Shown here: piece after piece, positions 51,301 through 62,195 of the stretch
How positions within the stretch are numbered: position 1 is the first letter of the stretch
How the letters are laid out: the number at the start of each line of letters is the position of its first letter
From: Lytechinus pictus
Lineage: Eukaryota
Length of the DNA stretch: 64,000 nt
Direction: 5' to 3'
Assembly (NCBI RefSeq): GCF_037042905.1
Contig: NC_087257.1
Span: 15,066,001 to 15,130,000, forward strand
Position numbers and translations under genes: made by a program
The notes under the pieces: model-generated
What the model saw: only the letters and a program-made list of their open reading frames with translations
The model's database searches: none
What the model was told of the DNA's origin: nothing

Positions 51301-52637
51301 CATCAATCTCAATGTGTAAATCATCAATTAAAGTAAGAGTAATGTTAAAAATCAAGAAGAAGAAGGAGACTAATAATAAGAAGAAGAAGAATTAAGAAGA
51401 AGAAGAAATAAGAAGAAGAAGAATATATTTCTGAGGTTTACTATTTAATTATAAAGATAAATAACTGATATTTTGCAAGCTGGAACCCCGTACTGTTTTA
51501 TTATATTCTCCAGATCAGCAGTAACTCGCTTTCTCTCTTACTCACCACGTGTTTGTCTGTACGAAAGCTGTTGTTTGACGATTCTTTTATTCAAATGTTA
51601 ACATAACTTTTTAATTACTGGAAGCTGTTTTCCTGATACAAGTCAACATAAAATTACAATTTATGAATCAAGTCTAGAAGATAGATCATAAGTTAAATAT
51701 TGAATGTAAAAACGTTTGCTTTCTTTCAATTGTCAAAACCTAAAAATACGAGCATATGCCCAGATCTATAATCGAGAATGATTCAGAATTCATGATGATG
51801 TCGCCTTTAAACCACGGGACTTTCCATTACAAAACGAAAAGGACACTACCAACTTTCATTTTGCTTCTGTAAAAACAGGAAAGTAATCGCATGTGATGCC
51901 CTCAATGAAAAACTAACCCAATGTTTTTGTCTCGCCTGCTTTGCATAGCATAGACTTTAAGCGCCGCTTTTCTGACGGTGACGGCGGTGGCGCGTCGTCG
52001 ACATTGAAATCTTTACCGAGGTTAAGTTTGTTTTTTAAATGCCGTCATAACTTTAGAAAGTATATAGACTTAGTTAATGAAAATTAGACATAACGGTAAT
52101 CATTTATCACTGATCATTCTGCATGTGATTTAGGTTACATGATGAAGGTCAAATGTCATTAAGGGTCAATGAAGTTTGACCATGTTGGGGGTATTTCTGA
52201 GATGTCATCATAACTAATAAAGTTTATGGATCTAGTTCATGACACTTGGACATGAAGGGTAAGCAAGTATCATTGATCATTTTGCATGAGTTCTGGTCAA
52301 TGAAACGTTGACGGTGTTGTGGTATTAACACTGAAATCTGAACCATGTTCATGATGGTTAAGTTTTCAAAAAGGATTTTCATAAGGGTAAGCAATTATAA
52401 AGAGGTAACTTCAATTTTACCCGTTTTACTGACTATAACCGGTGATGTATCTCAGAATAGGTTCGATTAGGCATCTTTGTATTTAAAGTAAAGTAAGTAA
52501 ATGTAATATATGGATGATTGCTTTACATAGTTGTGAAATAATTTTTTAAAGGATTATTAATTACTTTTCTTACCAGTATCTCCGCAGAAGAGAAAGAAAC
52601 AAACAATGAGCAACACGCAATTATCAAAGATCAACAT
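14760..52637 (-). CDS. Adhesion GPCR (~872 aa): signal peptide, W-R8, HYR, Sushi, HRM, GAIN/GPS, secretin-family 7TM
   Basis: 15 coding exons: 52637-52574, 49237-49166, 47640-47514, 36924-36806, 36240-36058, 32949-32833, 32130-32030, 31060-30935, 20327-19991, 19427-19237, 18593-18417, 17560-17451, 16897-16635, 16019-15953, 15324-14760. They sum to 2619 nt, all GT-AG, with consistent phases. Confidence 0.87.
15953..16019 (-). CDS. aGPCR exon 14: TM4/ECL2
   Basis: GCPLVIVCITVAVDLNAYRNPDY. Confidence 0.85.
16635..16897 (-). CDS. aGPCR exon 13: TM2-TM4
   Basis: IMINLSSALL...CTVIAIMLHYFSLAAVAWMGVEA...FAWG. Confidence 0.93.
17451..17560 (-). CDS. aGPCR exon 12: TM1
   Basis: LDIISILGCSVSIICLIITIGVLAGI. 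Confidence 0.9.
18417..18593 (-). CDS. aGPCR exon 11: GPS motif
   Basis: CVYW...GVWSQEGC...CHCTHL|TSFAVLL canonical autoproteolysis site. Confidence 0.95.
19237..19427 (-). CDS. aGPCR exon 10: GAIN domain
   Basis: VFVLDSLKLF...LASPVLSITI...IKNLSDPVVLHF. Confidence 0.88.
19816..19990. mobile_element. Palindromic MITE (CWG-flanked) at aGPCR exon 9 donor
   Basis: TIR GTGGGTGTTTCATAAAGCTGTTCGTAA; relatives at 58211-58372 and 58410-58597. Confidence 0.88.
19991..20327 (-). CDS. aGPCR exon 9: GAIN domain
   Basis: KVLALVDTTL...SILSSVNAF...NVVVAAV...SVFLPEEIL. Confidence 0.85.
20721..21556 (+). mobile_element. HINE/pearl/Tsp-like element with ~160-bp internal tandem cores
   Basis: Sits in a T-run; subterminal IR GTCTCACCTGCAT/ATGCATGTGAGAC; CATAACT at 20825, 20993, 21154, 21313; relatives at 51924-52330 and 12720-13157. 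Confidence 0.7.
21954..26005 (+). CDS. Secreted echinoidin-like C-type lectin, copy A (177 aa)
   Basis: Exons 21954-22093, 23503-23656, 25766-26005. Signal peptide, CGCPPLWT...NCYRYF, GHLVSIHS, WIGL, QPN, WND, FICKIPQW. Confidence 0.92.
24280..25251. mobile_element. hAT-type non-autonomous element in lectin A intron 2
   Basis: TIR CAGTGGCGTA; 8-bp TSD TATGTCCA; internal GCGAGCGCGAAGCGCGAGCTG repeats. Confidence 0.9.
28011..29448 (+). CDS. Secreted echinoidin-like C-type lectin, copy B (184 aa)
   Basis: Exons 28011-28150, 28381-28555, 29209-29448. Same motifs as copy A plus a 7-aa longer loop (CGEETSSSSV). Confidence 0.92.
30935..31060 (-). CDS. aGPCR exon 8: start of GAIN region
   Basis: NGSNANSNKTQPSTIDALISNPDNIQLDFVASLLEDTSLTPK; phase 0-0. 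Confidence 0.72.
32030..32130 (-). CDS. aGPCR exon 7: HRM C-half
   Basis: NVSRLCYYNESAGASWLDPLYQQC. Confidence 0.78.
32833..32949 (-). CDS. aGPCR exon 6: hormone-receptor motif (HRM) N-half
   Basis: LQCEED...LIFNQTEVGKRANAPIIC. Confidence 0.75.
33388..33596. mobile_element. TA-flanked MITE
   Basis: TIR CACTCT(C/T)AAAACAA(A)TCAGTCAAA; TA TSD; empty site visible in the neighbouring repeat at 33711-33750. Confidence 0.8.
34081..35480. mobile_element. hAT-type non-autonomous element (same family as 24280-25251, inverted), nested in another MITE
   Basis: TIR CAGTGGCGTA; 8-bp TSD GGGGCAGA. Confidence 0.9.
36058..36240 (-). CDS. aGPCR exon 5: Sushi/CCP domain
   Basis: VLRCPLLTPPNNGRI..IC...SRCDFECDQGFNL...C...SWDGPVPSCI. 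Confidence 0.87.
36806..36924 (-). CDS. aGPCR exon 4: HYR domain C-half
   Basis: GGSSGSIFSEGNHTIVYTATDGSGNTAECIVTFTIS. Confidence 0.87.
38344..39916. mobile_element. Older TIR element hosting the Harbinger MITE
   Basis: Imperfect TIR ATGCC(T)CGTTTA(T/C)ATT...CTACGAT, flanked by TA; CGTACGAT-rich. Confidence 0.55.
38643..39817. mobile_element. Non-autonomous Harbinger element (MITE) with duplicated left arm
   Basis: 27-bp perfect TIR AGCCCCTTTCACAATTGACGTACGACC; TAA TSD; second internal left end at 39114. Confidence 0.92.
40398..41699 (+). CDS. Harbinger DDE transposase (HARBI1-like family) with in-frame TGA at 40545-40547
   Basis: GALDGKH, YYNYKGFYS, IGDDAF, FNYRLSRARRVVENSFGIL..RWR, LHN motifs. 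The N-terminus reads RRR*WVKPRI in frame with the upstream ATGs (40374/40398). Confidence 0.92.
41982..42374 (-). repeat. 3' LTR
   Basis: Direct repeat of 44570-44962; TG...CA; adjacent PPT. Confidence 0.93.
43220..43490 (-). pseudogene. Decayed Gypsy pol RNase H fragment
   Basis: Across frameshifts: YLLD/ADTSNEGTGAVL/GKEQVISYAS/KAEKNY..AQKE.WAMV/FYGRR/IRTDHRALGWIF. Confidence 0.72.
43618..44350. repeat. 50-bp tandem array (~14-15 units; degenerate flanks to ~43555 and ~44445)
   Basis: Unit TAGGCACTATCTCCGCCACACACACCCAGGGCGCTATTCACCAACGTGTG recurs at exact 50-nt spacing (43691...44341). Confidence 0.95.
44550..44568 (-). promoter_or_regulatory. Primer binding site, tRNA-Leu type
   Basis: TGGTGGCCGCGGTGGGATT is complementary to a tRNA 3' end AATCCCACCGC(G/T)GCCACCA, matching the eukaryotic tRNA-Leu 3' end as recalled. 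Confidence 0.8.
44570..44962 (-). repeat. 5' LTR
   Basis: Direct repeat of 41982-42374; followed on - by C + TGG-starting PBS. Confidence 0.93.
45635..47033 (-). CDS. Harbinger ORF2, MADF/Myb-SANT-like DNA-binding protein (2 exons, apparent frameshift at the junction)
   Basis: Exon 47033-46655 (NLS-like MAPKKSRKKRK; ELAEFFADNEFIYDKSKVDFKNSKKKE) and exon 46537-45635 (WYKGQRT.LGK; Q/P-rich tail); GTAAGT...CTAAT...TTTCAG intron. Confidence 0.8.
47514..47640 (-). CDS. aGPCR exon 3: HYR domain N-half
   Basis: DTTAPTFTYCPSDI...FVSWKTPTVTDDTDTSVTV. Confidence 0.85.
48170..48595. mobile_element. MITE, same family as 2104-2535
   Basis: TIR GGGCAGTCAAATATATTGCTGTACACAC. Confidence 0.78.
49166..49237 (-). 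CDS. aGPCR exon 2: DAWRRRRRRRRTPVPSHPPPQVAP
   Basis: ttccag|AT...CCA G|gttcg; GC-rich 72-nt island, phase 1-1. Confidence 0.7.
51355..51422. repeat. (AAG)n microsatellite
   Basis: Directly visible. Confidence 0.85.
51924..52330 (+). mobile_element. HINE-like element, 3'-truncated
   Basis: Same 5' end and core repeat as 20721-21556. Confidence 0.6.
52574..52637 (-). CDS. aGPCR exon 1: signal peptide
   Basis: MLIFDNCVLLIVCFFLFCGDT G|gtaag; an upstream acceptor at 52652 implies a further 5'UTR exon. Confidence 0.7.
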
Positions 52638-52805
52638 CTTCAGGTTTATCGCTGAAGGGAAAATAAGAAATGAAAAAAGTTTGTGAATTTGAATCTAAAT
52701 GGGGTTAGATTCGTCTTAATTTATTGATAATTTCTGTTTTAAGGTCCGCTGATACTGGTGATGTTAAGGATGGGTGATGGAAATGTTTCTGATGATGATG
52801 ATGAT

Positions 52806-52973
52806 NNNNNNNNNNNNNNNNNNNNNNNNNNNNNNNNNNNNNNNNNNNNNNNNNNNNNNNNNNNNNNNNNNNNNNNNNNNNNNNNNNNNNNNNNNNNNNN
52901 NNNNNNNNNNNNNNNNNNNNNNNNNNNNNNNNNNNNNNNNNNNNNNNNNNNNNNNNNNNNNNNNNNNNNNNNN
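52806..52973. other. Assembly gap or masked N run
   Basis: N run flanked by (GAT)n. Confidence 0.98.
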
Positions 52974-54933
52974 GTGATTATGGTGCTGGTGGTGAAAGTG
53001 GTGTTGCTACTGGTGATGATGAAGTAATGATAGAAATTATCATACTCAAAGTTACAGACATTGTAAAATTTTAACTATTGTCATGAAATTTCTCATTTGA
53101 TTTTTTACTCTCAAGAATATCTTAAATGTGCTTAAAGATACGGTACTTGATTGCAGTGAACACAATGGTTATTCAGATATTATGTAAACTGCATAGACAG
53201 AAAAGAGAAAATCTTTTTCAAACACCGTATTCTGAGAAAGGTTTACTCTCCCAATTAATATATGGTAGAACTTAAAGTTATAGGCCTATAATCAACCAAA
53301 GAACGTCGATGAGACACATTAAAAAAATACGCCTCTCGGTAAAGTACTTTGAAATGATATATAATGGTGAATAACTCATAGGCGAAATTATCTTCTTGGA
53401 AATAATACCCTAAATAACGGCGAGCTTAAAACTTATTGGCGAATTAAAACACACGTACTGTGAAACGATAACCGACCGTGAACTATAAACCCATGGGCAA
53501 GGATAAAAAAAAACACGTTTACACTAATTGCATATCCAGTCATCTCCGACGAGACATTGAATATTATAAATAATAGGCCTAGAATGCAAATATGTAGATC
53601 CCAAATATTAGGGGACGCTCATCAGCACAGCCTATCGAACATTATACCGATTATAACTGGTATACATCTAATTAAATTTAAAATAATTATGTAGAAATTG
53701 ATGTTCCTTTGACCTTAATCTATTTACCTTCATATATATTCCGGATGAGCTCTGTACCGCATACTTTGATTGGTAGATAATGATTACTCCAGCACAGCAC
53801 TCCTTTAAGCCTAAAAGCTAGCTAAGTAACAGACTCGTCATGCTACAGATGTAGTGGCAAAAAGTCAAGCAGCATTATAAGACAACTCCATCCCGACTGA
53901 GTTCAGGAAGTTATGAGAAATACAATCGGGTGAAAGTGCGAGCTCAATAGCGGAAACGATACATTTATTTTGGTTAACATACCGAGTTTGTTTTGTATAT
54001 TAAAAAAAATGACTTGCCAAATTTACCGCAAGTATCATACAACCTATTGTTTTTTTGCTTATTGGATATTTGAACGATAACTGGCTAACATACCGAGGTT
54101 CTTGTTTGAATTTTTAATCTGACATCTCTTTGTAGCAAATGTCATGTTACCTCAACTTGTTTTATTTTTAATTGGAACACTCGAAGAACACGAGGAAGAA
54201 CATCAATAGGCCTACTGTTCATTCCTGCTCCCTATATCTTCCATTCTATCTTCTGAAAAATGCTTATCTTGGGGGCATAGCCAGTGATGCCAACCTGATC
54301 AAGAACATTTCAGTATTTTAAAGGCTGAAAATCAGTATTTTGGTAAGAAAATATACCATAGGACAACACATAAACTGAAACTTTAGAAATCAGTAATTTG
54401 CATGAAACCACCAGTATTCTTCGTCATTCTTCGGTAATAATTACTGAAAACCAGTATTACTTGGCAGCTCTGTATAGCAAACAGCGAGTAATCATTATCT
54501 ACTTTGACCACCCCCCCCCAAAAAAAAATAGAGGGGGTTGTGGATACTGAAAATTACGACTAACAGCAAGTTCCGAGTTTTAACCTTTCTTGAAACTCAT
54601 GTACGTTGGATGGTCCTTAGAATTACAATGAATTTTAAAAGTAAAATAAAACTAGTTTATTATGATGTGTAATTGAAATAAATATTAATCAATTTCAGAA
54701 ATTATATATTTTTTTAAATTATAGATGGCATTGACAAATTAAAGTTTTTTTTACAAGTGGACTCATCATCACTGGCGTAACAGGCGGGGGCATGGGTCAG
54801 AATCCCCCCCGGAAGATTTGGCAGGGACTGAATTAAAAAAAAAAAAGGGAAAAGAAGGAAGGAAGGAAAGAAAGAAAGGTAGGTGATAAGTGATAAAGAG
54901 AGGGAGAGATGACTTTCATTCAAACACATGTTG

Positions 54934-55090
54934 GNNNNNNNNNNNNNNNNNNNNNNNNNNNNNNNNNNNNNNNNNNNNNNNNNNNNNNNNNNNNNNNNNN
55001 NNNNNNNNNNNNNNNNNNNNNNNNNNNNNNNNNNNNNNNNNNNNNNNNNNNNNNNNNNNNNNNNNNNNNNNNNNNNNNNNNNNNNNNNNN
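54934..55090. other. Assembly gap or masked N run
   Basis: N run flanked by purine-rich low complexity. Confidence 0.98.
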
Positions 55091-55191
55091 AAGAAAAAAA
55101 GGAAAGGGGGAATGAAAAGAAAAGGGAAAGAAATAATACATGGAGAAGAAATCCCAAAGACTATGTAGATTTCAAATTGGCAACTCTTTAA

Positions 55192-55780
55192 AGGGATGCT
55201 CCGGGCTGAAAATATTTATATCTAGAGTAAAATTCACAGAGCAAAATGCTGAAAATCTCGTCAAAATCTAATAACAAATAGCGAAGTTATTGAATTTTAA
55301 AGTTTAGCAATATACTGTGAAAACAGTTTTATGCACGTTGTCATGAATATTCATGAGATGGGCTGATGATGTCACATCCCCACTTTCCTTCTTTTATGTT
55401 ATTACATAAAATCATAATTGTTTCATTTTTTCATACATGTGTGAATAATGTCTCCCTTGTAATGAAATAAGTTGCACCAATGAATATCTGATGCACTTAA
55501 TCAGTTGTTATTCCAATATTTTTGTTCTTGAAGAAAAAACTTGAATAAACCCAATTTCATATACGGTAATAAACTACAAAAGGACAAGTGGGCATATATC
55601 ATCAGCTTGCTCATTGAATATTCATGAACACATTCCTAGAACTGTTTCACCGGAATAATGCAAATCTTCAAAATACTATAATTTTGTTATTCCTTGTCCG
55701 ATTTTGATCAAATTTTTTTGTGTTTTGTTTGTCTGATTTTTCTGAATCCGTGCAAATCATTGTTTAGCCTGGAGTACCCT
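55192..55780. mobile_element. Kolobok-like non-autonomous element
   Basis: TTAA|AGGGATGCTCCGGGCT ... AGCCTGGAGTACCCT|TATA. Confidence 0.6.
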
Positions 55781-57404
55781 TATAAGTAAATTATGACAAG
55801 AGTCGAGGACAACTTTCCCATAGGCCATATGTACTTATCAGGGATGTGTGGTTTTCTCTTAAGTACCAATTCCCCTGGGGCAGTAATCTAAATATGAGGT
55901 ATTATATTGTTTTATGTCCTCATGAAAGAAAATTATAATTTGAAGTAAAAATTTTGAAAAAAGACATTTCATTCATTTTATGTATCGGAGTACATGGAAG
56001 AGTCGTCCTTACCTTTACTATGACATCACATATGCGGCCAATTTGAAGTCTCCATGGGTACAGTGATTACCAATATTTTCAACTTTTAAAAATTCATAAC
56101 GTTTTAATTGTTTGTCCGATATTGTTCGAACTTTCACCTATCAACTTGTCTGATTTCTCTTTTTCTTCTAAAAACATTTTTTTATTTGGGTTGGATTCAC
56201 CTTGAAAGGCATATGACAAGACATTTACTCTGTTCTTAAATAATAAATATGTCGCTGAACGAGGAGTCCCTCATGGCGAATGTGAATGGGGTACTGAAAT
56301 AATAATTAGACAAAAAGTCAAAATGAAATATGATAAATAAAAAAAACGAGTATAGAACATTTTTTTTGCATAGTTAATCCATGGAGCTACTGTGTTGATA
56401 GCTCCATGGTTAATCTATCAACGTCCATATTTTATTGAGTAATGAATATAACAAAAATACAACCAACCTCTATCCTCCAGGCCATGGTTTTAATAGAAAG
56501 ATTCAGCCATTTTGGAAAATTATTAGGTCAAAAAGTGGTATTCTAATAGCAGTGGGTTATTTAAACCTGGGTTAACTTAGACAACACTTTTATGGAGTGC
56601 CAGTTGTGAAGTGGGTCATGATATGGGAAGGATAGGAATACAATAAATATAATTGATACATTGAAATTGCCACGGAAATGGAAGAAATATTATGAAGCCC
56701 AGCATTCCATAATAGTGTGGTTTACAAATTCTAGTTTAGACTAGGATTAAACCTAGGTTTAATTATCAGAATACTGCCCAAAGGGTTTGGAGCAGGACGG
56801 GAAGGCAAAGAAAATGGCAGATCTTTTATATGAAATATGAATGTGCATGCTTACTCGATATAGAGTAGCATGACCAAAACTTGTGTTTGGAGTCACCAAG
56901 AGGCAGGGATCGCCTATCAGCACACAGGAATAGAAAAAAAGGGCAAAAAGAAAAACTATACATTTTATATAATACTTTTGTTACCATTTTGCCCACTTAA
57001 CCCCCAAATGCCTGAACAGATTAAGAACTTTGCATCTTGTTATGTTCCACCTACAAAAGAAATAGCTATTGAGAATGACTTAAATTAGTCCATAATTGCA
57101 TGGATGAGATTAATCATAAGGTTAAAGGTCAAGTCCACCCCAACCAAAAAGTTCATTTGAATTAAAAAAAAATAGAAAAATCAAACTAGCATAACACCGA
57201 AAATTTCATCCAAATTGGATGTCAAATAAAAAAAATTGCAGAGATTATTTGGGGACAGAGAATGTTCTTATGAGAACAAACTATTTTACATTATACGCTA
57301 TCCTCAATGAACTTTAACCTTTTTTTACTTCACTTTTTGACCCCCAAAGTCTGATCGAATCATTACCATTCTCACCTGCATATGTGAACCAAGGTTGAAC
57401 TTAA

Positions 57405-57988
57405 AGGAGAATGAAACTCTTGGAGCAAGTTAGCTTGTGTGAAAGCAGAAAAATCAAAGAATAAGATCAACAAAAGTTTGAGTAAAATAGGACTAGCAAT
57501 AGAAGAGTTATGAGCATCTGAATGTCGAGATCACTAATGCTATGGAGATCCTCACATTGGCAATGCGACCAAGATCTATGATGTCACAGATGAACAACTC
57601 TCCCCTTTTGGACACTGAAAATATACCCCAGAACATCTCTTATTGCTCATTCTAATCATATGACAAACGATTCATCAATGATATAATGTTGTGAAACCTC
57701 TGTACTTGTCCTCTCATAAAGAGAACACCTCACCTTGTGATAGACTCTATAAAAGTGAGAATATAAGTGAAATAAGTACTAAAGTAATGAGGGAGTTGTA
57801 CGTGTGTGACATCACAGATCTTGGTCGCATTGCCAATGAGAGGATCTACATGGCATTAGTGATCTCAATATTCAAATGCTCATAACTTTCTTATTATTCA
57901 TTCAATCTTCCTCAAACTTTCAACAATATGTTTCTTTGATTTTTCTCTTTGATATGGATTCAGCTGGTTTCAAGGGTTTCATTCTCCT
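57405..57988. mobile_element. Kolobok-like palindromic MITE
   Basis: TTAA TSD; TIR AGGAGAATGAAAC; long internal inverted arms. Confidence 0.8.
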
Positions 57989-58210
57989 TTAATCTGTTTT
58001 AAGTTATTGTGAGAGCAAAATATGACTGACGAACAATGGGATAGGTGACCCATAAATTGGATGCTTTTTGGAACAAGCTTTGGTCGGCTGAGGCATTCAA
58101 GCTCAAGGTGAATTATGCAAGGTAAAAGTAAATACAGCAGTCAATCTGATAGTATACAAATCATACACTTCATCATCATCATCAAGGACATCAGTAAGAA
58201 TAAAACACAC

Positions 58211-58597
58211 CAGGGGGCCGTTTCATAAAGCTGTTTGTAAGTTAAGAACGACTGGTGATCCTTTCTTATGCGTTAAACCATCGCCAATAAATATACTATT
58301 TACCATAAGAAAGGATCACCAGTCGTTCTTAAGTCGCTCTTAACTTCCGAACAGCTTTAAGAAACACCCACCAAGGCCAGGTAACAAATGCATGTAATTC
58401 TTCTAATGCCTGGTGGGTGTTTCATAAAGCTGTTCGTAAGTTAAGAGCAACTTTAAGAACGACTGGTGATCCTTACTTATTATAAATGGTATATGCACCA
58501 AAATGTTCATTGGCGATGGTTTAGCGCATAAGAAAGGTTCACCAGTCGTTCTTAAAGTCGCTCTTAACTTACGAACAGCTTTATGAAATTGCCCCCT
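58211..58597. mobile_element. Two inverted copies of the same palindromic MITE
   Basis: Same TIR as 19816-19990; internal segments are reverse complements of each other. Confidence 0.8.
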
Positions 58598-59339
58598 GAT
58601 CAAAATTATGTGTATCACACGTATTATAAGATATTGATGTGGATCCTTGGTATTTGATAAACCATCATCTAAAGACTATGACTGGTCAAAAGAACTAGTC
58701 GGTCATACCTGTCATTGCTAAATTTCCTGTAAGCGGCTAAGCCCCAAATCACATATAGACGCTGGAACAACCGGATCAGGTCCGAAAGATCTGGGGAGAG
58801 ATCGTTGTAGATGCCTTGGGCATCTGGGGCAAAACTATCCTGGACCTCCCCGGATCATGCCGGCATGATCCGTTGATTGCCGTGTAAGTAGATCCTTGAG
58901 GATCCATGTTACTGTGACAGGGGCATCAGCTAAAATGATTGACTGTTTACATGATATATATTTCATTGATTAGGATATATATCAACATTTCATGGATTAT
59001 AATAATATGAATAACAACAATTTCTAATATTTACCCAGGGAAGCCACTTCTCCCAGAAGGCCCTGCATATATATTCATATAATGTTATCATTTTGTTACA
59101 AGATTTAATTACACAGTGCTTTCACAATATGTACATAACGTTTCATGAAAGTGAATGCGAATAAAAATACTTTCAGCCTCTTTTTAAGTAGCACAAATTT
59201 GTCAAAGATGTAAGATGTATTAACTATTCACAGTAATGAACTACCCTGTGTGGTACAATAGTTATGATAGAAGGCTTTTAGATTAACACATTAACATAAT
59301 TAGCAGCTACTTGAAAATATATGTGTCTGCATCATGTGA

Positions 59340-59948
59340 ATAATAATAATAATAGTTACATTTATACAGTGCTTAATACTTTGCAGTTTGCACTTCTAAG
59401 TGCTTTACATGAAATTATTATTACCCTGGTGATCTGATCCTGGCATGCCTACACACAATGTATGCACTTTCTCCACTCCCTGTGGAGCATACCAACAACA
59501 CAATTACTATGCATACAACAAAGGCTTTCACATACTACTGGGTTTACACCTGGGCCCCCGTCTTACAAACAGTTACGATTGATCCGATCTGTCTCAAGTA
59601 TATGGAAATCCATAAATGTCATAATATATTCTTCCGGAAATTTGCTCAATGTCCTTTGAAAACTGTGAGAAGCATACTGAATTGTTAAGAAAACAGTGAA
59701 TGTATGAATATGCGTCATTTATAGAAAATATTTTGGACAAACATGTTTTTTAGATGTTGACGTTGCTGGCTTTCCATAATTGCGATTGATCAGATCAATC
59801 ATAACTCTTTGCAAGACGAGCCCCTGGATGGATAGTGGCATAGTTTGGATTGATGCTTTGCAAAAGGATGCTAGACCATGGTGGAATTCGAACACAAGAC
59901 CCTCTGATTTCAAGGCGAGAGTCAGGACCGCTACACCACGACACTTCC
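59340..59948 (-). mobile_element. tRNA-derived SINE interrupted by a MITE (59553-59823)
   Basis: A/B boxes on - strand (GTGGTGTAGCGG; GTTCGAATTCC), (TAA)n tail, MITE inserted at CTGG. Confidence 0.7.
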
Positions 59949-62195
59949 AAATAATTATATCATAGTCACAATTCATGGCATATAAATTTAGTAGCAGTTA
60001 GTAGAGTGGATCAATTCAAGAAACTGCAAAACGTAGATGTGTGACATTGCATGCTTTTAGACCGACTGAAAGAAAAAAAAATACCTCGGCCCCGTCTTAC
60101 TAAGAGTTGCATAGGTCAAATCAACCACAACTATGGACGGCCAGCGATGCCAATATCTAAAATGCCATTTTTTTCCAAATCATTCTTTAGATGAAAGGAA
60201 TACTCCTACATTCATTGTTGACAATTCAGTGTGCATCTCTTCATTTACAAAGGACATTGTGCAAATTTCCAATAGGAAAAAAATGATGAAATCATTGATT
60301 TTCATAGTTGAGATTGATCAAGTCGATCACAACTCTTTGGAGGACAGAGCCCAGGGCCCCGTCTCACAAAGAATTGCGATTGATCCAATCAATTACAACT
60401 CTGGATGGCCAGCAACGTCAACATCTGATATGCATGTTTGTTCAAAATATTTTCTAAACTATGATGTATATTCAAGCATCCATTGTTTCCTTGAAGATTC
60501 ACTGTGCTTCTCTTTGTTTACAATGGATAGTGTGCAAATTTCCTGTAGAAAAAAGTTATGACACTGATGGAGTTACGATTGATTGGATCAATCGTTGGAT
60601 CAATCGTAACTCTTTGTAAGATGGTTCTACGAAATATGGCTGTACATTATGAATCTACGGTCAGGTCCGTCAGTCGGACATCCCTGCAACAGCCAACATG
60701 CCCATAGGGACAGGAATAAACGTGTTTTAACTTATGTTTATAGTATTACATGTACATGTATTATCAAATGATTTCAGTTATTGAATTAAATTTTAAATGA
60801 GCATTTTATCAAATTTGTAATTTCAATTTGGCTTATTTTAATTTTTATGTAAGGGTGGTTATCTCGACAAACCTTGATAGGTTTTTATGACCACCTGATT
60901 CCAATATTGTATCTCTCTATTGTCATTTGTATCTGTTTAATACTTGTTTTACATGTACCTTATATTTTCTTGCCTTATTATTGCACATTGTATTTGTTAT
61001 TACTGTATTCTATACTCTGTATTGATTTTTATTGGAATTGAATAAAACATTGAATTGAATTGAATTGAATTGAATAATAAGAGTATTCTTCTTTTACGAA
61101 CCCTTCTTTGATCTGACCCGCCACGCAATGAAGCCAAAGGAACATGTGAGTGACTAACATTAAAGTTATCATTTCACTTTGTTCTTATTTTAAAAATTCT
61201 CATGTTTGTTCTTGAAAATGGGCTGAACATTGATTGGATCAATCGTAACTCTTTGTAAGACGAGGCCCTGGTATGTTTGTGCATCATCTTTGATTTTAAA
61301 ATATCACTGAGGTCACAGTAAACCATCTCATATAATATCAAATACAAAGTTTACAAAACACATTTAGGTTTAACTTCTTCCCCTGAGATAAAAGTTTCCC
61401 CATATTAAGTCCTAATCTTGGATCTACTTTGCGACCTTATATAGCCTAAAACATGGATGTCACTATTGAGCATCTACCAGTGATCTTTTTTAGTTATAAG
61501 AAGCCAAAAAAATTAAAAGGACACAAATTTATTTTAAAAAGACGAAAGCTAAGGGAAATAGAAAGATTGTAGTGTTTTTTTACGGTACACCATGTATTCT
61601 TTTGTGGGCATATTAAAAATTTGGTCCTGAAAAGGACCACCCAAACTCAACATCTCAACAAGAGTATTCTTGTCATCTTCAGGATGATAATAAGTTTATA
61701 CAGACAGGAATATGCAGAGTGGCTTCTCTCTTCATTTCAGAAAATTTATCCTGGTTGTTTTTAAGTGTAAGGTAGTTGGATTATTTAAGATGATTTTTTT
61801 TAATTAGTTTTAAGTAGTTAGGTTGTATATAGTAAATTGCTTACACAATGTTACATGTATGAATGTGTTACATGTATTCAATGATAAATGAAAGATAAAA
61901 ATGAATATAATGGAAGACAATATAATAAACCTTGAATTTCAATAATTTTAGAGGTAAGGCAATTTTCTATCGGTCATACTTTTATACATGTAATACAGCA
62001 TAAATTGGGGGGGGGGGGGCACACAAAACAGCATTGGATACCCTTGGGTAAATTTTAACCCTAATATCAAGAGAACCAACAAAGAGATTACTACAAGTAC
62101 GGCTAAATATGGAAGAGATTTTTACTGAATAAGATTACCCTGTAGTAGACGTTAGCACACCTCAATATGATTCTTAGGCCCAAATGTGAATTGCT

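Noticed and set aside
52758-55191. ORFs containing X runs
   Set aside because: Artefacts of N gaps.
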